From the NCBI GenBank assembly GCA_008632985.1, contig QPGO01000053.1:372001-436000 (forward strand): a DNA stretch of 64,000 nt. Direction: 5' to 3'. The stretch comes from Psammoneis japonica. Taxonomy: Eukaryota. Positions within the stretch are counted from its first letter, which is position 1. Each line of letters starts with the position of its first letter. The translations under genes were made by a program, and so were the position numbers. The notes beneath the pieces are model-generated. The model worked only from the letters and a program-made list of their open reading frames with translations, made no database searches and had not been told where the DNA came from. Shown piece after piece: positions 24,469 through 35,100 of the stretch.

Positions 24469-27400
24469 ATGGCTGCCATCGATCCAGATGTTCTGGCAAA
24501 GGCGTTTGCCGATGCAATGGCCGCCAACGCCATGGCGGCCGCTCCTCCGGCTCCAACCAAGCCGTCACGTGGTGGAATTCACCCAACCCACGGGGTTTAC
24601 ATTGGTGGTTCCAAACTCAACAACAACTGCGAACAATCCAACGACAGAACCTACCGATTCGCCTCTCAGCGCCGTCATCCCAAGGCTCTCGACTCGACAG
24701 AACGATCTCTCCGCGATCAACAAGCTTCCGCAATGACTTCCAAGTTCAACGGTCGACTTGAGATTTCGGACGGTCCCATCAACGAGCTTGACAAGGACCA
24801 TTTCGTCAAGACTGTTCGAGATCTAGTAGAAGCCCACGGTCAGCAGACGTTCTACCATGTCAAGGACAGCGACGACAAGGTTCAACATGTCTTCGACCAT
24901 CTTCACGAGTTCACTGTGACCGATCTCGTGAACGAGTACACGGTTTGGGAAAGCAGCCACCGATGACGCCAAGTACGACGAGATCGAGCTCGACGACATC
25001 GGGCTCTCTCAACTTCTCGTTCACTCAAGAATCACTGACACCTTTCGCGAGAAAATCGAGACCAAGTTCAACCATCTTTTGGACTGCCAAGACTGCCCTG
25101 GATCTGTTCTGTTCATGATGGCTCTCGACACTTGCAATGCTGGCGCTCTAACGGACATTGAGACGGCTGAGAAGCAGCTAGAAGACCTTAGTTTGGTTGA
25201 CTATCCTGGCGAGGATTGCACGGACTTTGCTGCCGAAGCTCTTCGCATCGTGAAAATTGTGCAGACCGACTGCGCGCTTCCGGCGAACACAAGCTCCAAG
25301 CTGCTCCACAAGATCTCCTCTGCGTCCTCTGAATGCTTCAATCGCCGAGTCTACAACAAGCTCGACGACGTCAAGGCTATGGAACGCAAGTGCCGCCTCA
25401 AGAATCCTGCTGACATCGTGTCCGACAGCGATTGCAAAACGCTCGGACCGGTCGGTGTCATTGCGTGGATTCAAGAGCAACACAACGAACTCGTGAAGGA
25501 CGGGGAATGGCCTGCATTAGTCGCCAAGCTACCCGAGAGCAATCTTTCGACTGCGGACAACCCTGGGAAGACGAAGCACTGTTGTGGTTGTGGTCTCAAG
25601 GGGCACACCAAGAAGACGTGTCCGAAGTGCAACGCCAAACCGCCGCGCGACGATCCTCCTCCCAATCCGCCGCCTGCAGACAACCCTTCCAAGAAGAAGA
25701 GGCGACCCATCGCTGCCTGGCGCACTAAATTTGACGGAGAAACGAAGAAGGATAAGAATGGCAAGGAATGGAAGTGGTGTGCCACGTGCACGGCGAAGGG
25801 TGCCGACAAACCTGGAATCTGCCAGAAGCACTCTACCGCGGAACACACCGACGACCGCAGGCAACCTCCCAAGGAGACCCCAGCCAGGAATTTGTCTTCC
25901 GTTGCTGATCTGGACAGTGGCGTGCCCATGGGTCCGCCCGCTCAGACTGCCAAGGCACCAGAGGGAGACGAATCCGACCCCAACGAGTTGGTTTTCACGG
26001 GAATGTGGTGCGCAGCTACGGATCCCGTTGCCGACCCAGATTTCTGTTCCGCCCCTGTCACCACTGCAATTGTTGTTACTCCGGCTTCTTTGGCCGAGAG
26101 GGAGAGCGATGCAGTCATTAGCACTGAGGTGGTTTGCATCGAAACGAGCCCACCTGCACTCACCTCAGTCGTGGATCCAGTCGTGTCTCCCATCGTGGTT
26201 GAGACTGTCACTCCCGAAGACGCCGATGACTTCTACGAACACTCCGACGCTTTCTCTGCCTTTGAAAACGAACCACCGGCTATTGAGTTGTTTCCGGCCT
26301 CGAAGCTGCACTCTGTCAAGCATCCAGATGAGTTCTTTGACGCTCCCGCACATTTGACTGACATGCTGTCAGACGACACCAAGTTGGATCTCATCCTTGA
26401 ACACGACGTACACTTTGAAGACGCACACTACGACTTGCCTCCGTGTGTTACGCATCGTGGCTTCGATTTCTACGATCCAGAGGTCCTGGATGCGGATGAT
26501 TGTCACGAGGACGTCGAAGACGAGCCCACTTCGCGTCGCTCACTCTTGGGTCGAGTCAAGCCACTCACACTCTGGCTCGCCGCCATGTTTTGGGAAACGG
26601 CACTGCATCTTTGCTTTGCTCCGATCCCATGCATCCCTCGAGCTCTACGCCGCCAGCGCAAACTCCCAACTTTGCACGGGTTTCCAGCCTCCTGGATGGT
26701 CCCATCCGTTGCAGTGATGGCATGGTCAGCAGTTTACGCCGGTCAACAGCCCGAGCATCCATTCTCGAACGCACCAAGTCGTTTTTCGACCGCCAGCTCT
26801 CAAGTCTACCACATTGTGGAAGAGCTAGATGACCGGATAGTGTTGGACACGGGGTCACTGTTCGAACATCACAGGATCAAAGGCACGCAAGCACTCGCCG
26901 AGTTTGTCGCGCGCCATCCGTCACACGCACTGAGCACTCGTCTCAAGGCCTGCTGGGAGAGCCCAGAAGTAGCTGAACGGTCTGATGCGATGGACGAATC
27001 AGCCTTCTTTGATGCCTGTGAGGAACTGGAACCTCTCGACGACCAGAAGCAATTCTTTGACGCTCTTGAGGACTTCAGCCCGGATTTCTTCCGGTTTGAC
27101 GAGCTCTGTCTGCCGCATCATGTCGTGGACACCACCCATTTTCAAGATCCTGTGGAACCATTGGAGGAAGCAAGTGTCAGACCAGTCGTCTGCAATGCCT
27201 CCACCATCCAACTGCTCACCGGACAATCACAAGCCGACCTCCTTGCATCCGATCCGCAGGCACTCATCGGTCTGTCGGACGAGGCTCTCACGGTCGTCAT
27301 GGACACTGGTGCCACGTTAGCCATTGCCCCCGACAAAGCTGATTTTACGGGGCCTGTGACTGTTCCCAAGAAACCCTTACAGATCAATGGGATTGCCAAC

Positions 27401-30400
27401 GGTCTCACCATCCAGGGCACCGGTCCGGTTGCGTGGGTGTTCACAACGCCGAGTGGGGCTACCATCCAACTGAACACCATGGCATGCTACGTCCCTGGAG
27501 CCCGTCAGCGCCTGCCATCGCCTCAACGCCTCTTCAACGAAGAGAAGGGGGTACGTGGGAAGTGTGAGGGCGATGAAGCCACTTTCCATTTACACATTGA
27601 CGGGACAGGCAAGTTGGTCGTGCCACATCATCCATCAAGCCACTTGCCCATTGCGTCGATGACCAAGGGCGCATCTGCCGCTCCTCAAGTGAACCTTCAG
27701 ATCCTTGACGAGGAGAATCGAAACCTCACGGCAGGCCAAAAGCTTCTTCTCGAAATGCACGCCCGTTTTGGCCATTTGAACTTTGGTCGCGTCCAAGCAC
27801 TTCTCCGCGCAGTTCCGTTCCTTTCGAACCGTTTCAAGTCTGCAGCAAAGTGTGACCACCCAAGATGCGAGGCACGCGAATGTGCTAAAGGTCATGGACG
27901 CTCTCTTGGATCTACTCACAAGTCGACCGTCCCTGAACGCGACGGGGCCCTTCGAGCTGACCATCTTCGACCGGGTCAGGCTGTCAGCATTGATCATTTT
28001 GCGTCGCGCCTTTTGGGCCGCACCTTCGACTCTTGTGGCAAAGCCACGTCCAAGCAATTCAAGGGCGGTTGCATCTTTGTCGACCACGCCTCTGGCTATG
28101 TCCAGGTCGAGCACCAACTGGGTTTCTCCGCTGTTGAGACGACACGCGCGAAGCAAGCGTTTGAGAAACATGCTTTGGACCACGGGGTCATCGTCCAAGA
28201 ATTTCTTGCCGATGGTGGCGCTTTCAAGGCCAACGCTTTTGTACAACACATGCGAGAACATGAACAACGTCTCCGTTTTTGTGGAACCAACGCCCATCAT
28301 CAGAACGGCGTCGCAGAGCGGGGCATCCGCAGCATCTCCAACATGGCGAGAGCGATGTTGCTTCATGCATCAATCCACTGGAAGGGGGGAATTGACAGCT
28401 CCCTGTGGCCCATGGCAGTTTCTCATGCCACGCACATCTACAATGTCACCCCAAATTCCAAAGGACATTGCCCAGCGGACATTTTCACCGGTTCGACAGT
28501 GCCAAGACATCGGTTGCGCAACATTCACACATGGGGATGTCCAGCGTACGTACTTGACCCGACCCTCGCTTCCGGGAAGAAGCTCCCGCGTTGGGAGCCT
28601 CGCACTCGTTGCGCTTTGTTCGTGGGACTCAGTGCCATCCATTCCAGTGAGGTTCCTTTGGTCCTCAATCTTCAAACTGGAAGTGTTGCACCTCAGCATC
28701 ATGTGGTCTTTGACGATCTCTTCGCCACCGCACCATCAATCGAGAGGGAGACGGATCCACCTGATCACTGGGAACACTTGTGCCTCAACCAATCGACATG
28801 CATCCCTCTGGAGAAGGATCAGGCAGTTCATTTGCACGATGAGTGGCTTGCCCCTCCAGAGCGTCAACGTAAAGAACGAGAACCAGCCAGAGCAACACGC
28901 ATTCGCGGGCATTTTGAGCCTGCTCCATCGATTGCTGTGCCGGATTCACCCACTTCTCGCGACGACGTTGCCGATCGAGTCGCACCTGCGACTCAGCAGC
29001 CAACACCACCAGTCCCACCTGCGACTCAAACTCCTGCAGACTCTACGGACTCTACGCCAATTCAGCCACCTGAACCTCAAGACAGCAACGGACTTCCGCC
29101 ACCCGAAGCGCCGACGGAACCAACAGCTCCTCCCCCAGTCGAGACACCTCCCATGACGAATCCAGAGGGAGCACCAGGGCTGCGACGGTCTTCACGGTCA
29201 ACCAAGGGACAGCTCAACTCTGCCAAGTTTGTAGATGAGGTCTGCTTCAGCTCCGTCGAGGAAATGCCGCTGCCGATTGGACACGAGGCTCAACTGGCGC
29301 ATCTGGCGACTCTCGAGACGGATTTGGACAGTGGTGCCATCAATGTCGGCGATCCATGAGCCTGCGCAGCTAGTGAGAAAACCAAGGACCCTGACATGCC
29401 TTCGTCACACAATGCTCTGAAAGGTCCGGATGCCGACGAATGGATTGAGGCGATGAAAATTGAAGTCAACGCACTCATGCATCGTCCAGCCTGGAAAGCA
29501 GTCGAGCGTCAGCCGCGTGTGAATGCACTTCCAGGCACATGGGCACTGGAGCTCAAGAGACTCCCAGATGGAACCCCTCTCAAGTGTGAGGCCCGACACT
29601 GCGTCCGCGGTGATTTGCAGAAAGAAGGAGTCGACCACTTCGAAACCTGCGCGCCGGTTGTGCAGTGGTCCAGTGCCCGACTCATGCTCACTGCGGCATT
29701 AAAGGAGGGATGGACTGCACGACAGGTGGACTGCACCACAGCCTTTTGCCAAGCTGACATCGCCGAGGAAGTTTGCACAACACCGCCGAAGGGATTTGCG
29801 CCAAGGTCGGGACTCAACATGGTTCTCAAACTTTTGAAAGGACCACACGGCCTAAAACAGTCTCCCAAGGGCTTCTGCGAGAAGTTACGAGCTGGTTTAA
29901 CCGAGCGCGGATGGGTGCCTTCAGCCATAGATCCCTGTTTGTATTTCAAAGAGGGCATGATGTGTGTGGTGCACGTCAACGACACCGTTTTTGCTGGAGC
30001 TTCAGCTGAAGCTCTAGAAGCCGAAATTCGCAAGTTAGGAGTCTCCGACGACGAACATCGCCACGCATTTGAACTTAGAGACGAAGGAGAAGTCGGCAAC
30101 TTTCTCGGCATCAAGATCGAAAAGCTCTCCGAGGGTCGATTTCTGCTCACTCAACCCGGTCTAATTGACAAGGTCCTGCGCACCGCACAGATGCAGGATT
30201 GCAATGGAGCATCTGCTCCAGCTCTACCTGCGGCCATTGGTGCCGACACGGACGGCCTGCCTTTTGATGAACCCTGCGATTGTCGCTCAGTTGTTGGAAT
30301 GTTGATGCACTTGGCAGCGAACAGCCGGCCAGACATTGCACATGCCACACATCAAGTGGCTCGATTCTCGTTTGCGCCCCGAGCGTCCCACGCTGCTGCA

Positions 30401-31060
30401 GTGAAGCGGATGCTCCGACACCTCAAAGCAACTGCTGCTGAAGGTCTCATTCTCAAGCCTGCGCAAGATCATCGAGTTGATTGCCACGTCGATTCTGACT
30501 TCGTGGGGTCATTTGGTGTGGAAGATGGTCAAGACCCAGTTTCTGTCAAGTCCAGGACTGGACACCTCATCTGCTGCGCCGGCTGCCCGCTTGTCTGGGT
30601 GTCCAAGCTGCAGACTCTTGCAGCATTGTCAACTGTGGAAGCGGAATGTGTCGCACTTTCTCAAGCCATGCGCGATCTCATCCCTGTTCGTGAAGTTCTC
30701 AAGGAGCTCAACCACCACGTGTTTGGAAAGTCTGACCGCCAAAACCCCATCACGACTCACTCCAAGGCTTTTGAGCTCGCAACCCAAGGCACCGATGACT
30801 CGCCTGTAGAGCAGAATGTCCTGCCTGCGTCCATTGTGTGCGAAGATGACTCCGCGTGCCTCAAGTTCGCACGTGTGCCCAAGTTGTCTCCGCGAACCAA
30901 ACACATCGGCATCCCGCACCACTGGTTTGGGACTAAAGTCGAACAATTGGAGATCGACATCCAACCTGTCAGCACTCTAGAGCAACCAGCCGATCAGTTC
31001 ACGAAGGGACTGCGGACCGATGCGTTCCGTGCGGCTAGAAAGGCTCTTGTGGGCTGGTGA
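24469..31060 (+). pseudogene. Copia Gag-Pol polyprotein, inactivated
   Basis: Zn knuckle CCGCGLKGHTKKTC, protease VMDTGAT, integrase (HARFGH..VSIDH..IFVDHASG..HHQNGVAER), RT and RNase H. Frameshift near 24940, premature TGA at 29357 (CGA>TGA), catalytic YVDD read as HVND at 29972-29983. Confidence 0.93.
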
Positions 31061-31081
31061 GCTCTCTCGGTTGAGAGGGAG

Positions 31082-31316
31082 AGTCACGACTCAACGTCAT
31101 TCTGGTCGCATCTCACGACTGCAACCCAGACTCAGATTTTCTCTTCGAAACAATTAGCTCATCACAAAATCGATTCAAACAGAAGCAACGACATTCGTCA
31201 TAATTTTCTAGACAATGACTTTCAACAAGCGTCTGTTTGCCTCTGTCGCTGTTCACATTGCCACCAACCTCCGAGGTCTTGTCCATCCTGCTCAGCTGCA
31301 GGACTGCATCTCGACT
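31082..31316 (+). repeat. LTR copy 3 (3' LTR)
   Basis: agtcacgact...catctcgact, 235 bp, follows the PPT. Confidence 0.95.
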
Positions 31317-31745
31317 ACAGTGCATGCAACAGGTGTGCCCAACATGTTGTTTGTTGATCAAAAGATCTGCAAGGCAAACCACAGCCACTGCAGCAGTCAG
31401 GACAAGTGCAACGAGCAGCACAGGAAGCCTTGTTGGGTTCCCTTTGGGTGACTTTGACTTGCCAATTCAACACTTGCTCAAAAGAGCTGAGTGCAAGTTG
31501 AGCGCATGAAAAACCTTCCACACGTCACATCAGCGCAAGATCTTTTCCCCCCCTCCGCATCTTCTTTTCGGTTGCTCATCGTTCGCACGACTGTCATTGT
31601 TCGGACTTGCTCCAACAGCACATGCCACACCAGTGCGGCAGGGCTCCACTCAAACAAATGGAGACAGCTGAAAAATTGGCCTCAATCCAGACAAATTGCT
31701 TTGGTCACCAAGCACTTGTTGCTTGACAGTTGCTTGGTTTTTTTT

Positions 31746-31832
31746 AATTCTCTGAGCTGGAGCTTGCTTTGTCACTCTGAAATTCTCTGAGCTGGAGCTT
31801 GGTCACTCCAGAATTCTCTGAGCTGGAGCTTG
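31746..31832 (+). repeat. Short tandem repeat (aattctctgagctggagcttg x3), related to 39070-39140
   Basis: Three copies are visible. Similar agctggagcttggtcactc units recur in direct orientation at 39079-39135. Confidence 0.7.
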
Positions 31833-32100
31833 GGTGTCCTGTCACCACTGGTGGATTCTGACAAAAATCAAAGGAATCTTGCTTTTAACAAGATGCCCAA
31901 CTGCCCAACCCAAAAGGGGTCTGGGCAGATGTCATGGCTGACAAGTTGTGGCCAATGAAAAGGTGTTGTGGCCAGCTGTTGTTTTGTGCTCTTGTGTCTT
32001 GTGCAAACAGCACTTTGACAAAATGGTGTGAAGACAGTGGACACCCGGGTGTTGCAAGCCTCTGTTCCACTGCCTGGCACAGTTTTAAGAGTCAGCAGTC

Positions 32101-35100
32101 TCGCGTCTGGTGGGGCAACAATCTGAGATGCGCGCCAGCATGACAAAATTCCCACAACTGTGGAAAGTCAGATTTGTCTTATGTTCTTAATTGTGTGATG
32201 CAAGAGCTGCATGCCGGTGTGCAGAAAACTGACGTTGCACGTTAAACCAAGCTGCAATCTTGCACGCTCACATGCAAGTTGATTTGTGCAACACAATCTT
32301 GACACCTGCCACGTTGTTTTTACCACGTGGTTTGTCCCACTCATTTTCATGTCACTTGTTTTTACAAAATGAACAATGGTGCTTCCCTTTGCCATTGGCA
32401 ATGATTGTCCTGTGTGTGGCAAACGTTTTCTCCCAACTGGTCTTCAACACCACCTGAGAACTCATCTTCCCTGCAAACTGTCCTTTTCTCAAAGCCTTCT
32501 TCGAGCCGCATCTTCCCACCAATCTAACACCACTCATGGCAAACAGTCCCAAATGGGAGAATCGGATGAACATGTTGACACTGCTGCGTCTTCTACCCTT
32601 GGCACTCCTCCCATTGAATTTCTCGCCACAGGGTCTGACTCCAATGCTGGGCCAACTCCACAAGGTTGCACGCAACTCAATCCCCGGCCGCTGCAATCCA
32701 ATCATGCATTTTCATCTGCACCAGAGCTGTGTGGTCCCCACAACAACTCCATTTTTCCCCACGCCAATGATGTTTCAGAGTGCCAGTTTCCTGACCACAA
32801 AGAACTTGTTTCCGACACCGAGGTTTCTGCCACTGTGGCAGCTGAATCTGGCCCTTTTGCTGTTCTTGATCAAGTTGGACACCTCTCCGCGGATGAGGAC
32901 CTTGTGGCTCTCAAAGTTTACAACAGCAAAACCATGTCCATGGTCTGCATGTTGAATTGTGTTGTTCCAAGGGCACCCCAATCAGCATCACAGATGAATT
33001 GCTGAGAACTGTGTGGGAGGAATTCTCCAGTGGTGGGTTGTCTGTCACCTGACAAATGCACTCTTCTTGAACTTTCATGTCCAAGCTCAAGTTAATGTTG
33101 CCCAGCATTGTTGCTCCTGTTCTGCAGCGAGCCCCCCTTGAGTCCATTTCCATCATCAACCAATTCACACAACATCCAATGACACAGAGTTGCAGATGCA
33201 TTCCTTGGCAGCCCAGTTCTTGGATCGACCAAGCACCTGTACATCGGCGTTCATGTGATTTGGATGTGGAGTGTTTGTCTCACGGTGGTCCACAGTGTGG
33301 ACATTGAAACCAATTTTGACTGGTGCCTGACAACATGCTGCACATCTCTGCATTCCTGGGTGGAGACATTGGTGGTCTCATCACCAAAAACAATGCCAAC
33401 AACCAACACATTGTTGTTGACAGTGATGTTCTTGGCAGTGGGGATTTTGGCTGTTTCTGTTGAGTCATCACATGATCCAAAACTGTGGTTGTCCAACTCT
33501 GCTTGATCGGCAAAGAGGGGCTCATCACAACAGTCGTCTGCAATTGCTCCTTCTGGCAATTGTTGGATGGCATTAATGGCACCAGAAACAGGTGCTTCAC
33601 AGTCACTTGTGTTGTCTGGTGTTTTTTAACGGAAGTGGCAATGTCGCTGTCCTTGGACATTTGCAGGTCTTTGGTGGCTGAAGTGCCAAACAATGATGGG
33701 TGGATCGACTTTGACTGTCCGAATTGGTTTGAATGCAAGCAAAACTCTGCTGACATTTCCTTCTGTGATTCAATCAAAGTCCCTCCACATGGGAACCAAC
33801 AGAAGCACTGCCAATCACATCAGTGGACATGCTGTTTTCCCGGACCTTGGCATTGTGTTGGCACTTTCTTTTCCGGGCAAGACATTTTCTCCCAGCATCA
33901 GCCTCTCTTCGTCTGGCTGCATGTGCTGACAATTCCTCTGCCACCTCCCTCAATGCAGAGGACAGATGTTTGTCACTGCAAACCATTGAAAACAGTGACA
34001 AAGTGCTCTTGGCTGGATTGCCAAAGCTTGGCCAGCAGGAAGTGTGTTGAGAAATCCATCCGTGTTGAGAGCATGGAATGAATGATTGATGTGTGTGGGA
34101 GACAATCCAATGGAAGAGACCTTCTTGCATGTCAAAGTTCTCTTGCTCACACGCTGATCGGGTTGGAAATGCACACGTTGCTGAGAGATTTTGTTGTTTT
34201 TGTGATTGAGTCCCATCAAAATTGGAGGGAGATGAGATGCTGCATGAAAGGTGGAACACAACAATGACATGGAAGGTGATTGTGGATGTCACGGCAAGGT
34301 GAGGGCACAACCTGGCGATGCCACACAACACAGTTGTGAAGTTTCTGTGCTGCATTGTGACCACAGCTCTTTGGTGTGAGGAGCGTCACATGGGGCTGCA
34401 TGTCAAGTTAGTGCAATTGTCCACATGAATGAAAATTGAATTGCACAAAATGTCTTGCACACTTTGGTGACAGTGTGAAAAATTGCACCACAAATCTGTG
34501 CAATTGTGCAAAGCATCAAACCCATTTTGGCAACAGTGTGCGGATTTATGTCACAAATGTGGGAAGTCCAAACCACAGCATTTGCAATGAATGTCAAAAT
34601 TTTGCACTCTCTTTCAGTGATGTGAGACACACAAAAGACACAATTTTGAATGTCATCCATTGCACACAAAGGGCACACACAACACACGCCTTAATTGTTT
34701 CATTTGAGGATGCTGAAAATTTCCAAGAGAGAGAATGTACAGCCCATTGCCCCACTTGTGAAATTTCAAGATTTGGTGACTGTGCAGAGAACTGCCCACA
34801 CAGCTGCCAAACCCATCACAATTCCCCATCTGCACAGCAGCAAACAACATCAACAAATGCTCGGGGGCTGACATCGAAGATGTTGTGCTCAAATTGCAAA
34901 CAGTGCAGCATGCTGGGCAGCCTGGGATGCCTTGCATCAACAAAGGGCATCCTGGAATGCGTGTTTTTCTACATCAGCCGCTGGAGAATGATCTTGAAAA
35001 TGGACCCAGTTAACAAACTGTTGAGGCCACATGTGCTCAATGCTTTGCGAGAAGCAGTGGAGTGAGACGATGCATTGACAATGTGGAGACACAACTTGGG

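Larger units (their letters stand above)
23769..31316 (+). mobile_element. Near full-length Ty1/Copia LTR retrotransposon (CoDi-like) with three LTRs
   Basis: 235-bp LTRs at 23769-24003, 24072-24306 and 31082-31316. Polypurine tract ggttgagagggag precedes LTR2 and LTR3. TSD acagc (23764-68) / acagt (31317-21). Domain order gag-PR-IN-RT-RH. Confidence 0.95.

Noticed and set aside
23769..31316. Alternative genetic code or ADAR RNA editing as the cause of Tyr>Cys/His
   Set aside because: Neighbouring host genes use TAY for Tyr normally. Changes occur on both strands, differ between LTRs, and affect non-retro elements.
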